DNA of 64,000 nucleotides from the human T2T-CHM13v2.0 reference genome, Homo sapiens: the NCBI RefSeq assembly GCF_009914755.1, contig NC_060943.1, one strand, 5' to 3'. A program made the translations under genes and the position numbers. Under the pieces are notes generated by a model. It was not told the origin of the DNA and searched no databases. It saw only the letters and a list, made by a program, of their open reading frames with translations. Position 1 is the stretch's first letter. Each line of letters begins with the position of its first letter. Of the stretch, positions 1-13,347 are shown one piece after another.

Positions 1-1429
1 GCGGCCAAGGCCTTGGAGGTCATTAATGTGGATCGGCACTAATGGATTCTCTGTGCTGGCTTTGTCCCCCAGCGCTATTTTTAACTCATTTTGGACTTTG
101 AATTGTCCAAATGCATTTTGATGTGTTTGTGAGAAAGGACATAAATAAACCCTTGAGTGTTGTTTCTGTGCAGCTCCTCAGAAACCAACTTCTCATGGCT
201 CTATTTGCTTTGCTGAGAGCTGAGCATTTCCTGCAACTTACCAAGATGGGCTGAGGCCTGCCCAGCTTCCAGAGTGGCACCTCCACATGTACTCATTTCA
301 GTGCCACTAACCAAAGCAGTGCCCATTCTCCTGGTAGAGTTTCAGGGGGACCCCCTCTCACCCCTGATCAAAGAGCATGGCAGCCCAGTAGCTGAGTACC
401 TCCTGTGTACAGGCACCTGGGAGCTTACGATGGGGCAGGCACTGTGGGAAAAGCAAAATCAGAGGCCGACAGTCCCGTCTCCAAGATCCTTCAGTGAACT
501 GCGGTGACTGTGAACACACAGGAAACCAAGAGGTACACGCCCACAGGCCAACCCCTGGTTTGGGGACAGCCAGGCATTTATGAACACATTCTTCAGGCAG
601 TGTTTGGCCTGAATACATGTGCTGAGTCCCTGCCTGTTATCTGAAGCCTGCTCAAAGGCAGCTAAGATGGAAGATGTGGCAGGTGGCTGTGCAGGCAGCA
701 TATGCCACAAGCCACAGCTGTCTCTTTGACAGTGGCCAGGGCTTCCTTATATGAGCAGTTCCCTAAGTCACTCAGGTCTGGAGGCCAGGGATTCTGGCCA
801 TGCTTCTCATCTTGGCCGGGCCCCCAGTGCAGCGTGGGCCTAAACCATGTTCTGGATTCCTTTAAACACCTCCTGAGCGCTTGGTGTGCTCAGGACTTGA
901 GCCAGCCTTGGGGTCACTGAGGGAGTAGAGTCCAGCTTGTGTCTGGGAAGGTCTCCTGTTGGCAGAGGAGAAGGTCCTGAGCTGTGGACACCAGTACAGG
1001 GCCGTGGTCCAGCCTTTGGTGCTGCAAAGAACCCCACCTAAGTCACTCAGACATGACACTGTCTTGAAGACGGAGAATGAGGAATGGAGCCAGCCTCAAA
1101 TGTAGGAGAGGCGCTAACTCAATATCTCCAATCAGAAGAAATCAGAAGGTTCCTTATTTCAAAAATCTCTACACATCAAATGCCGTGATTGGCCCAATGG
1201 CTCACCAGTCTTCAGATCAAGTGTAGCCTGAGTGTTCTTTTAAAGTGTGGCTTTCTAGTATAGAGAATCTCCATGTCCCATCACATTGGTTTGGATGTGT
1301 TTATCAGGCTCATTCATCTCTCATGAGAACGTGTAGAGTTTAAAAATCTCTAAAGAAATCCCTGGACGTAAGCTGGTGTCTTGGGCTTGGGTAGTACCAG
1401 ATAAAACGAAAACACAGACAGATTTAACA

Positions 1430-1750
1430 TGCTTAGGGGCAAGCATTTCCAGGACTTGGGGATTTATTGGGTTGGGAGTGAGAGGGAGGAAGACACTGAC
1501 TATGATTCCTGGCTTCCATCCTGGGCCCCCTGCAAATGGTGATTATGAAGATGGTGGGTTGGATAGGAGGTTCTGAGTTCCACTTTCAGCATGCTCACTC
1601 TAAGTGGCTGAGACGATGGCCAGTGAAGAGTGTTGGGTCTAGAAGCCTGAAGCTACAGGTCCGGCTATGGAGCTGGATTTGGATGTGGTTGGCACAGAGA
1701 GGACACGAGGCCATGGGAGTAAAGAAAATCTGCAGAGTGCGACCAGTATA
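1430..1750 (-). mobile_element. L2 LINE fragment (old)
   Basis: G-rich antisense L2-like motifs (gagttccactttcagcatgc...ctggatttggatgtgg...gaggccatgggagt); boundaries approximate. Confidence 0.55.
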
Positions 1751-1764
1751 AACAGAGCCGCATG

Positions 1765-2200
1765 CATTTTGCCCTGGAAATTCTCCTTCTAAAAATGTAT
1801 TCCAAGGAAATCATCAGAAATGTGCAGGAGGGGAGGCTTAAGGATAATCATGGCAGAGTTATTTGTGCTTATAAAAACTGGAAGTACCCAAAATTTCCAA
1901 CAAGAAGGGCAAAGTTGGATTTTGTTCCAAAGCATGGAATACAACCTAGCCACAATTACATCGGTCCATCGTGGTGTGGAATGCTCAAGTGCTGGGAGGA
2001 GCAAGCCAGTTCCAGGAATGCACAGGAGGCAATGGGTTTGTGTAGGCATGTGTGCATACTCACACAGAAAACATCCTGGAAGGTTACACACTGAAATGTT
2101 AGTTCCGATGATCTGTGAGTGGTAAATTTCAAGATGAATTGGGATTTTCTCATTTTCTTCTTTCCTATATATTTTTTTCTTTACATTGATTCTGAGCCTC
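1765..2200 (+). mobile_element. Old L1M (L1MC/ME-like) ORF2-end/3'UTR fragment
   Basis: Degenerate match to L1 3' motifs: aattctccttcta...tccaaggaaat...aaaaactggaagtacccaaaatttccaacaagaaggg. Confidence 0.55.
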
Positions 2201-3173
2201 TTTTAATGAGGAAAAAAAATGTTTTGGGTAAAGCCTCCCTTTTGGTTCACTAGAGACAGCACCACAGCAGAGCTGGGAACAGTTGTTTAAACATCCCCCT
2301 CCCTGACTTTACCTTGGGTAAATGGGCCTCTGAAGAAATTCCACTGAGAGGCCCCCTGCCCTCACATTACATTGTCAATTTCATCCTGAGCACTCTGCGT
2401 AAATACCATTCCAGAGCATTAGGTCGCAGCCATTAGCATGGCAGTTATGTGCCAGCTTTTCCTCTCAGTTTACAGCCCTTATCATCTGCAACTCTGCTTT
2501 AAGAACTTAAAATTATGGTCCGACCGTAGCCTACATAAACATTCAAGAAAGTCTTACCATTTGGAGAGCTGTAAAATGAATCTGACAGTGTGACACTCAC
2601 GTGCAGCTTCATAAAGTGCATGCTAACGAATCAGCTGTCCTGTCTTCCCAGAAGCCCCCAGAGCTTCCAGGAGCCAATGTCTCCTTGGAGCAATGCTCAG
2701 GAGCCATTGAGGCCAGGCACAAGCACAGCCTGCACAGCCACTCATGCTGCTTTTCTTGGGATGGAAAACCAGGGCCTTTTCTGGACTCTAACAGCATCGA
2801 GTTATAGCTCAAAAGTTGCTCAAAGTATCCTCTGCCTTAATGATCCCAGTATCTAAACTGAAGCTTCCTAAACTTCCCAAATTAAAGACCCTTCCCATTG
2901 CCACCTGCCACCAGCAGCACTGATGAAATGCCCTCTGGCACTGAAACCATCGGTGTTTGGCATAAACACAATGAAATTCTTGTTTGCCTCCAAAGTGTCT
3001 TATAAAAGCTTATCCCTCTTAGACCATGGTCCCATTCTCCTGACAATGTAGATGGTACAAAAAGCAGCCATCCATCCCGAGGGGCTGGCCCAGATCACAC
3101 ATCATGGATGGCCTGTGGTTCTGATCCAGCCTGCAGTGGCACCATTGCATATTTACATTTTGGATTTTTACTA

Positions 3174-3495
3174 ATTTATTTATTTATCTGTTTTTTCGAG
3201 ACAGGATCACCCTTGGTTGCCCAGGTTGGAGTGCAGTGGCATTATTATCACAGCTCATTGCAGCCTCCAACTCTTGAGCTCAAATGATCCTCCCACCTCA
3301 GGCTCCTAAGTAGCTGGGACTTACAAGCACGTGCCACCATGCCTGGCTAATTAAAAAAAAATTTTTTTTGTAGAGACAGGGTCTCACTATGTTGTCCAGG
3401 CTGGTCTTGAACTCCTGAGCAAAAGCAAAAGCAAAAGCAAATGCCTGGGCCTCCTAAAGCTCTGAAATTACAGGCGTGAGCCACCACACCTGACC
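3174..3495 (-). mobile_element. Alu (AluJ-like) with internal (GCAAAA)n
   Basis: Antisense Alu: (ttta)n tail, gagacagg...cccaggttggagtgcagtggc, ending caggcgtgagccaccacacctgacc. Confidence 0.93.
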
Positions 3496-3641
3496 CTTCA
3501 CCAACATTTTTAAAACTTAGAGATTTCACAGAAAAACCACAACATTCATTCTCTTGAGAAAATTGAGAAGATGTGAAACACTGGGCACTTTCGCAGCTGC
3601 TGCACCTTTTAGACAAAGCATATGCTTCCCTTCGACTGCTG

Positions 3642-4030
3642 TGCAATGGACCAAATGCTTGTGCCACACCCACCCCCCCACCCAAAGTTCACATGCTGAA
3701 ATCCTAACTCCCAAGGTGATGACATTGGAGCTGCGGCCTTCAGTAGATAAGCAGGTCATGGGGGTGTGAAACCTCATAAATGGGATTAGCGCCCTTACAA
3801 AAGAGACCCCCGCCCCCACCTAAAGAGCTCCCTCCCTGTCTTCCTGCCATGTGAAGACGCAACAAGAAATCAGCTGCCTGCAACCCGAAAGAGGGCCCTC
3901 ACCAAAACCTGAGCACGCTGGCACCCTGACCTTGGACTTGTAGCCTCCAGAGCTGTGAGAAATAATGGTTGCTTGTTAGAGCCACTCAGGGTATGGCACT
4001 TTGCTGTAGCAGCCCGAACTGACCAGGATA
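3642..4030 (+). mobile_element. MaLR solo LTR (MLT1A-like)
   Basis: tgcaatggac start; gaaatcctaactcccaaggtgatg; aatgggattagcgccctt; gcctccagagctgtgagaaataa; end tgtagcagcccgaactgaccaggata. Confidence 0.85.
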
Positions 4031-4520
4031 CCCTGCCTACCTGGCCCATTTCAGCCCTGAACTGACCAGGATGCCCCGCCTACGCGGCCCGTTTCAGCCC
4101 GGAACTGACCAGGATGCCCCGCCTACGCGGCCCGTTTCAGCCCGGAACTGACCAGGATGCCCCGCCTACGTGGCCCGTTTCAGCCCTGAACTGACCAGGA
4201 TGACCCGCCTACGCGGCCGTTTCAGCCCTGAACTGACGAGGATGCCCCGCCTACGCGGCCCATTTCAGCCCTGAACTGACCAGGATGACCCACCTACGCG
4301 GGCGGCCCGTTTCAGCCCTGAACTGACGAGGATGCCCCGCCTGCCCCGCATATTTCAACCCTGAACTGACCAGGATGCCCCGCCTACTCGGCCCGTTTCA
4401 GCCCTGAACTGACCAGGAGGCCCCGCCTGCCTGAACTGTTTCAGTCCTGAACTGCCTGGACTGTTTCAGCCCTGAACTGACCAGGACGCACCGCCTGCCT
4501 GGACTGTTTCAGTCCTGATT
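4010..4520. repeat. 43-bp CpG-rich minisatellite, about 12 copies
   Basis: Unit cagccctgaactgaccaggatgccccgcctacgcggcccgttt; unit starts at 4010, 4052, 4095, 4138, 4181, 4223, 4266, 4313, 4356, 4399, 4442, 4467, 4510. Confidence 0.97.
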
Positions 4521-6365
4521 GATGCCTGTGCAGCTTTGGGAGGCATGACCGCACCTCCTCCTCCCTACACACCCCAGTGGGGGAAGAGGAGAGAAAATAC
4601 GCCTCTTCCCTGGCTCTTCACTGGAGTCTTAGTGATTTGGTGGAGATTTCCAAGGACAGGCCTCCGGGAGCTCAGCGCCGCCCTCCTGTTACTGGGCAGT
4701 TAGGTGTGGGAAGGAACATACTGACAACCCATTTTTCTTCAGGAAAATCCCATTCACCACCCTTGACCTTATATTGCTCAGCCCAAGGGTGTACATGGGG
4801 GAAGTGGTAGTCACAGGGACAGTAAGGCAAGCCCAGTCTGTGTCTAATGACTATTTCTTCTTCAGATAGTTGAGAATTTAAATGTGAATGCAAATGTTAC
4901 GCAAATGAAATTACTCCTAAGACAATTTACACAGACCAACTATTAGATCAGAACCTCCTGTTTAACACAGCCTGCCCAAAATAACTGAGACTATTCCGAT
5001 CTTTTGGGCAAGGATGTCGACACACTGCCAGTGCCTCTGGAGTTAAAGTGGAGCGCTGTCTTTGGGATTGGGAGCCAGCTCTGGATATGAACACGGCTAT
5101 CTGGCAGGCTTTGGCCTGCTGGAGAGAAATGTGTCTTGTCCCATGAGAAAGACATCCCCAGGCTCACCTGAGGAGCCAGAATTGCTGGTGAGGGCCCAGG
5201 TGTCTCTAAATTGATTGCTGCCTCTGATAGACTATTCTAAGCCACGGCCATCTCGTGGAGAAATTAAACATTCTGTGTGAAGGACATGCATGTCCTTAAC
5301 AGAACAGTGAAGTTGCTGATGCATTTTTATTCTCAGCCACCCTCACGGCACCCCAGTACCTACCCCATGTCCCAGCCTCAGGGGGCCTTGCTCTCATCTG
5401 CCCATTAGCTAATCTGGGCTAAGAAGATGTACTGCACAAAAAGAAAGAAGGAATTCAGGCTTTTAAATGAAATGCCCAATTTGTAACTGTTGGCTACCAA
5501 TGCAATTAGTTAGAAGGTAGTTCTCAGACAGGTGGGACAGTTCTTCTCCTAACAAGCATGTGTCAAAGCATGCTTGTTTCTTCTAACGTTTTGTTTTTCT
5601 AAAAAAGTGTGCTTTCTTCTTCTAAGAAAATCTGGCAAATAAAATGTTATTCTCCTCATGTTAACTGGAAGAGTCCCTTGCCTCCAAATCAATTCTATCC
5701 CCAAATGTTGAAAGACTTGAAATTCCACGAGTAGATCAAGGGCATCCCCCTGAGGCCTTTACTATGGGAACAGACCTCACCCCCGCTGCTGTGGTAACTG
5801 TAGGGACCCGCTTCACTCATGCTGTCCCTTGGCTTCTGTAGACACTTGAGTCTGCAGCCTCAGAACAGGGCTGATCTCAAACTGGGCCTCAGTTTGAGGG
5901 GTTTCACCCACGAGTGACTGGAGGCCAGCACTGAAGGCTACTGTGCAGGACTGCACTCTGTCACAGGATAGACCTGCTACATCCAGAGGCATCCCACCCC
6001 TGTTCATCTCATCCTGGGCACTGTTTCTGCTCAGTTCTCAATGGCAGGCTTTTGGCCCTCTGAAGTCAGAGAACCAAACCCACTGAGAATTTATTTCTTC
6101 TCATTAGAGATTTCTGGATTCCATAAATAATTAATTCAGAAGGAAGACACACACTCTTCTCAAATGGGAGGTTAAAATCAGGGAGGACTCCTTCCCAAGC
6201 TTCTAGGTCCATCTGTTGCCATCAGTGGAGATGATTTGGAAACTGCTTTCATCCTGATTCTGGGGACTTGAGCCATGCAGTCATCCCTCTAGAAAAGACT
6301 GCAGGGCAAGTTAGAGACCCCATATAGAGTGTGTGATGGTCAATTTTGTATGTCAATTTGACTAG

Positions 6366-6930
<565 letters not shown>

Positions 6931-7704
6931 ATTTCTGGGTATCTCTATGCAGGTGTTTCCAGAAGAGATTAGCCTTAGAATCAGGAGACTGAGTAAAGAT
7001 CTGCCCTCACCAAGGTGGGCTGACATCATCCAATCATTGAGGGCCCAGATAGAGCAAAAAAGCAAAGGAAGAGTGAATTCTCTCTCTTCTTGAGCTTAGG
7101 CCTCCATCTTTTCTTGCCCTTAGACATTGGAGCTTCAGGTTCTTGGGCCTTTGGATTCCAGGACTTACGACAGTGCCCCTTGGTTCTCAGGCCTTTGGTC
7201 TCAAAGTGGGAGTTGCACCATTGGCTCCCCCAGTTCTCAGGGCTTTGGACTCAGACTGAACTTTACCACCAGCCCTCCTGGTTCTGCTGTTTGCAGATGG
7301 CTTATGGTGGGACTTCCTGGCCTTCATAATCATGTCAGCAAATTCCCAACATAAATCTCTCCTTATATATATAACTCTAGCTATCCATCCATCCATCTAT
7401 TCATTCATTCATCCATTCATCCACACATCTACCTACCTATCTGTCTACACATATTTATCTTACTTGTTCTGTTTCTCTGGGGAATTCTGACTGATATAGA
7501 GGAATTCACTGGGATCACAAGCCAGGCTTTTAAAGAACCACTGGGCCTGGGCTGCTTCTGACTCTGAATACTCCATGTTATAAGATAGCAATAATAATAC
7601 CTACTTTAGTTTGACTCTGTGACCATTAGATGAGGTAACATCTTATAAAGCTCTGCTCTTAATAAACAACATCTGCAACTGTTGTTGTTGCTGCTGTTAT
7701 TTTT

Positions 7705-8125
7705 ATATCAGTCAAGGTTTTTTAATTGCAAGCAACAGAAATCAACTCTGGCTAGCTTAAGCAAAAGTGAAATTTAATGGGAAGATATTACAGAATGCAT
7801 CAAATCAAAGGAACACCGAGACAGAGACATGCAAGAAACAGAAACAGGGGCCACTCCAGGGACCCAGGCAGGCGGGGCTAATTGGCAGCTCATCAACCCT
7901 AACCATTCTATTCATCCTTGCCTCATGTACCTTGAGAGTCGAAGTCCCAAGAAAGAAGCCAACTGGGCTGTCTTTTGTCACATTCCTATTCCTTGCCTAA
8001 TGCAGTGAGAGTGGCAGGGTGCCCTGGTTGACAATTGCAGCCAGCCTGCATGCAACAGAGCAGAGGGAACCAAAGGGAACCAGGGATCCTTTTACCAGAA
8101 GAAGGTATGGATGCCACACAAAATA
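7705..8125 (-). mobile_element. Old MaLR LTR (MLT1K/L-like)
   Basis: ttgcaagcaacagaaatcaactctggctagcttaagcaaaa...tttaatgggaag resembles the antisense MLT1 3' end. Confidence 0.65.
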
Positions 8126-9311
8126 AGCACATCTGATGCAAACCATCTTTGACATGTGCAGAAGCTTACTGTCCTCTGTTCTTGGTATGACTGGATGATG
8201 TAGGCAGAGCAGCCAGAGGCATGACCGTCAGCTTTCATTCCTCAAGAATGGGATTTTTCTTGTGCACTTCTCTTTTCTTATGCATAGTCCTCAATCACCT
8301 TGGCCCCAGAGCCTGCCCAGCCAGACTTAGCAGGACTGGGTCACCCAGTTCCCCGTGGCAGAAATGTCACAGTCATTCAGGAGCATCCACATTTGGGCTG
8401 GGATGACAACACAAATCCTGCAGTAATTTAACACCTGCTCTGCTTTTATGCTGTTATTAAAGAGTTTTAGCTTAAATATTTGAGGTGTGACTCTGCTCCC
8501 TCATGCAAATACGGGTGCAGAATTTCCCACCTGGCTCATTGATTGGTGGGATCTGAAATAGCCCCTTTATGGAAAATGGTAAATTTCTTATTACTGCCTA
8601 ATGAATAAAGTGCATATGATCCAGCTGCAGCAGCTCCCCGCTCCCCTCTCCTTCCCAGGGAAACTCATCCCATTGGTAATTGGGGGAATGTAAATGCTGC
8701 TTCATGGCTTAATTTTCAGATGTTTTGAAAGACAATATCTGCAGCAATAAAAGGCTCAAAGACATCTGAGATATGTTTTGTCTCTTGTCCTAATTATACT
8801 AATAAATAAATAGTATTTGTTTCCCTGCACTGTAAAATTAAATATCTTTCTGAATATCTCCCCTCCTATTTTAATGAGGAGAAAGATGCTCCCTTGATGA
8901 GAATGACACTGTAGATGAAAAACGAGAAAGAACAAAGAATGTTAACCATCTAAATACAATAACATGAGAAGAACTGTTTCCTAAGTTCTGAGTATGATCT
9001 CTGGGTGGGATATTCTCCTTCTCATCCTCTTTGTCTGGAGAAAATGTCTCTCAAATGTATGCTGTTTGGGATCTCTGTAAATTTGAGTCCTCAAGGGAAT
9101 TACTGTTGCCTTACCTACAGATGGCACCTTGTGGGGTATCCTCGAACACTGCCAAGCCTTGGCACCCAGGAACCAAATCTCCTTGTAACTTCTGCGGAAA
9201 TTGTGAGAACAGGGATCTTTCCATCTTACTTTCCACCGTCACCTGAGTGCCTAAAGCAGTGCTCAGCCTGTAACGGGTGCCCAGCTATGTCACATTTGTT
9301 TCAGGAGCACT

Positions 9312-9687
9312 CCTGTGGCCCTGCCAAGTCTCATGTTCAAGTTGGATCCCAGCGTTGGGAGTGGTGCCTGACGGGAGGTATCTGGGTCATGGCTGTGGAT
9401 ACCCCACGTGTGGCTTGGTGTGATTCTCACTCTTAGTTCCTGTGAGAAGTGGTCGCTGAAAAGAGCCTGGCACCTCTCCTTTCTTGCTCTCTTGCTCTGT
9501 GATCTCTGCAAATGTCGGCTCCCCGTTCACCTTCCCCTCTGAGTGGAAGCTTCCTAAGGCCACACCAGAAACAGATGCTGGCACCATGCTTCCTGTACAG
9601 CCTGCAGAACCATGAGCCAAATCAACATCTTTTCTTTATAAATTACCCAGTTTCAGGTATTCCTTTATAGGAACATGGACTGAGACA
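9312..9687 (+). mobile_element. MST (MSTB/C-like) solo LTR
   Basis: tctcatgtt...cagatgctggcaccatgcttcctgtacagcctgcagaaccatgagccaaat...ttataaattacccag...ggactgagaca. Confidence 0.88.
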
Positions 9688-10939
9688 AGCACAGATCCCA
9701 GGAACTGGGCAGATATCTGTTTTCCATAGGCTGATGGTTGAGGTCGCAGCTCTGCCCCTCACTGACCGGCAGGTTTGCAGCAAGCCTCATTCTCCATCTG
9801 TTAAATGGGGATAGTCCCAAAGAAAGACAGCTGTGACTGAATTATTTTTATTAAATTGTCTGCCCAGACCTCAGTCTCTCCAACCACGAAAGAGGGATGT
9901 AAGATGAGATAACCATGAAAGTCCATTGACCTCGGACACGGTGACACTAAATAAAATGTTCTTAGTACGCTGACTCAGAAACTCCTCAAACTAACTGCCA
10001 AAGTGCATGGGCTGATCCCCCTGCCCCCATGATGCTGCTGGCTGGAGGGCTGTCCTGAAGTCCAGTGGGCAGCCAAGGCCACGCCTGTGCCTGCACCACT
10101 GCCGGCCCTGCCCTACCACTCCTCTCTGGACTCATGTCCATATCACAGCTGATTGTGAAATCCAGCTCCAGCATGTTGTATTTGAGGAGCTTATTTCTCA
10201 CTAACCACATTTGGCCCACAGGCAAGGCAATTAAGGGTGTTCATCCATTTACTAACCCCCCACCACCCCCTGCAGTGCCCCGAGAGTGGGAAGGTGGCAG
10301 AGCTGCTATGCTTCAGAGCAGGTTCCCTGTTTCCACTTCAGAGCCCACTTGGCACTGCTTGAAACGCCCTGGATGTTTGTTATGAAAGATTATTGGGAAG
10401 CAGTGTGACTGGGCATGCTGCACTGCTTACAACAGAATGGGAATGCACGCTGCCTGCCGCTGAGTGGGAGAGCCCCACCCAGCTCTGAGGCAAGTGTGAC
10501 TCACAGCTCCCTGGCCTCTCCGATCCCATGGAGCTGAGGCCACTGGGCCTTGGTGAATGTTATATAATGTCTCACATGGAAGAACATGCCTACCGCCAAG
10601 GGCAGGGGTTCTAAGTCCCAGGGCCAGACAGGGACAGGGTGGTCCACACCCCTGCCTCCATGCTGCTGCTTTCTGAAAACATAGGCTGCAGAGGCTAGCA
10701 TGTCTCTCAAGTCTGGAATCTTGGGTGGGCATCTCCAAATGTTCCTCTTCCTACTCAACAGGTCCAGAACTGGCCTTCAGATTCCCAGTAAGAGGATGTG
10801 TGAGGCTCTTGCAGGAGTTTGCAGCTACCTGTGAATTATCATGTCAAGAAGCAAATTTGTCATCCACTCTTGTGCTTTGCTGAGCCCTATCCTGGTGTTT
10901 GACTCAGATGCTGCTGTCCGCAGAAACTGGCCCATCTGT

Positions 10940-11341
10940 TGAAACTGGCCCAATTTTCCCATAGAACTGATGTTTGTGGGTTTTTTGAATAAATGTAGAA
11001 GTTGACCCTCCCAGTCTTCAAGCTTGAGAAATTTACATTTGTCCGATTTCCTTTTTCAGGAAGCTGACCATCAGGCTTTCCAGGTAGTGTCAGGGAGCTA
11101 AAGCTTTCCAGATAATTGTATCCAGGTGGTGAGGCCACCTGCTGCCTGTTATCAGCTCCTGTTTAAATGAACCCCTGACAATAGTCACTTAGGGAGATGG
11201 ATTTGAGACTTGTCTCCCATCTTCTGGCTGGTGTCACCCACAACAAAGCCTTTCTTCCCTGGCAATACTGATTGTTTCAGTGATTGGCTTTCTGTGCAGC
11301 AAGTAACTGGATCTAGGCTGAATCCTAGGTGTGCAGCAACA
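10940..11341 (+). mobile_element. ERV1-class solo LTR (LTR26-like)
   Basis: tgaaactggcccaattttcccatagaactgatg start; gggagatggatttgagact and cagtgattggctttctgtgcagc in the U5-like part; ends aaca. Confidence 0.7.
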
Positions 11342-12435
11342 ATATGGGAGCCAAGAAAGCCCCCTTCAAGCCAGGTGTGACTTAGCAGCTCCTTCTCTTT
11401 GTGGCACTGTCTCTGCACTTCTCTCTCTTTCTCCATCCTTTTGAAGAAAAGGGGGAATAAATACCAAGAGAATCACAACCACTGCCTCCCTGCAGGAGAT
11501 TCATCCCCCTACCTCCTACCTGAAGGTGTTTGCATGGAGCATGCGGTGGGGAGAGCTCTTTCCTGCCCATATGACCCCTTGTTCTTAGAATCCTGGAGAT
11601 GATTCAATGAACTTTCTGTTTCCAGTGATAAAACTCAAAATAAACAGAATTAAGTGAAAAATTGGGCATTGGCCCCCAGTAAAAACACTGTATCTCCTTT
11701 CACTCCTGTCTCCCTGAAGGCCATCTTCTCTCAGCTTCTCCCTTTATGAAGTCTCCATCAGCCCTCTACCCTCGTTCCAGAATTGAGTTTCTTCTTGTCT
11801 GGTATGTTTACAGCCCCAGGCGTGGCTTACTTCCCCTGTCATTTTCCACTGTTGGCTAGAGAAGGGATAGCATGACCTTCTAGTCTGTGTTGCAGTCTGC
11901 CTTATTTCTTGTTTTCTTCAACTGTTCCAGAGCATCTAAAGTAAACGAGTCACATTTTATACTGCAAAAGACAATCTGCAGAAGCCCTCATTGGTGCATG
12001 GGAAGAAAATTATGTCATTGGGTTGACATAAAATATTCCTGTCCTTATGGGTCTTCCATGTTTCTGCATGTCTTGTGAGCAGAGGGACTGGCTGCCTTTG
12101 TTCAGAACAATCTTAAAAAGAATCACTGTATAGTGAACAGCCTTGGAAGGTAAAGAGAATGTCTCCCTCTAGAGCAAAGGCTAGGTTTGCTTACTGCCCA
12201 ACATAAAAGATCCAGGTTCTCAAAGCTCAGAGCTCCTCTCCTGCAACACGTCCACTGAGTGTGCAGATGTCACCTGGCTTTTCCATCACCATGTGGGAGT
12301 CAGGGCTCAAGAAACTAGCACAAGAAAATGTTGATACTTGGGCTATTGCTATTTCTGTGAGTAATAAAGTTCTTTGTCTCTGACCTAGGAGTCTTTTGTC
12401 CTCTGCCAATGTCCATGAAATTGTGGCAGGCTAAT

Positions 12436-13347
12436 TGTGATGTTGTAAAATATATATTTGGTCTTTGACACCATTTCCTGGCATACAACTCCTAAATTCC
12501 TTGGACTCTTCCAAGTGATGTCTTCTTGTATGCTAATGAATTGGCTGATGGCTGAGAGCTCCTATATAGCTTCAAGAGAGAAGCTGGTCATCAGAAAGAC
12601 CAAGGCAGGATTAGAGTGTTGGGACTCCAGGAAGTGGGGAGGTGCTGAAGGTTAAGTTGATCACCAATGACCAGTGGTTTAGGCAATCATGCTTATGTAA
12701 TGAAGCCCCTGTAAAAACCCATAAGAACAGAGTTCCTCTCCTAGTTCCTGGAAAACTTCCAGATAGACAAACACACAGAGGTTCCTGCAGGATGGTGCAC
12801 CCCAGGTAGGGCATGGAAGCTCTCCATCCCTTTCCCCATACCTTACCCTACACATTTCTTCATCTGTATCCTTTGAAATATTCTTTATAATAAACTGGTA
12901 AATGTAAGTAAGTGTTCCTCTGAGTTCTGTGAACCATTCTAGCAGATTAATTGAACCCAAAGAGGAGGTCTTGGGAACCCCCAACTTGAAGCCAATTGGT
13001 CAGAAGTTGGGGTTTCCAAGGTCCCCTCTTTGGGTTCAATTAACCTGCTAGACTGGCTCACAGAATGCAGATAAACACTAATTTACATTTACCAGACTTT
13101 CTACTAGTGCCTGAAGTAGGGTGGGATGGTCTTTTGGGACTGAGCCCTCAACCTGTGGGATCTGATGTTATCTCCAGTTAGACAGTGTCAGAATTGAATT
13201 GGAAGACACCCAGCTGGTGTCTGATGCAGAATTGATTGCTTGCTTGGTGCATGGGAATAAAAAAATGCAACATTTTTCCACTGAATTCTTCTGTGTTGAT
13301 TGTCATTGAGTGCAAGAATGTGAAAAACTTTGTGTTTTTTCTACTCA
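12436..13347 (+). mobile_element. MER21 LTR nested in the older LTR
   Basis: Start tgtgatgttgtaaaatatatatttggtct; cagaaagaccaaggcaggattagag; ends ctactca; TSD ctaat/ctaac. Confidence 0.88.
12895..13095. repeat. Inverted repeat, ~92-bp arms, 16-nt loop
   Basis: 12895-12987 versus the reverse complement of 13004-13095: about 13 mismatches plus 1 indel by manual alignment. Confidence 0.95.

Noticed and set aside
4010-4520. Regularly spaced repeats resembling a CRISPR array (also 39281-40975 and 54113-54766)
   Set aside because: Units are head-to-tail with no unique spacers, there are no cas genes, and the DNA is primate and TE-derived
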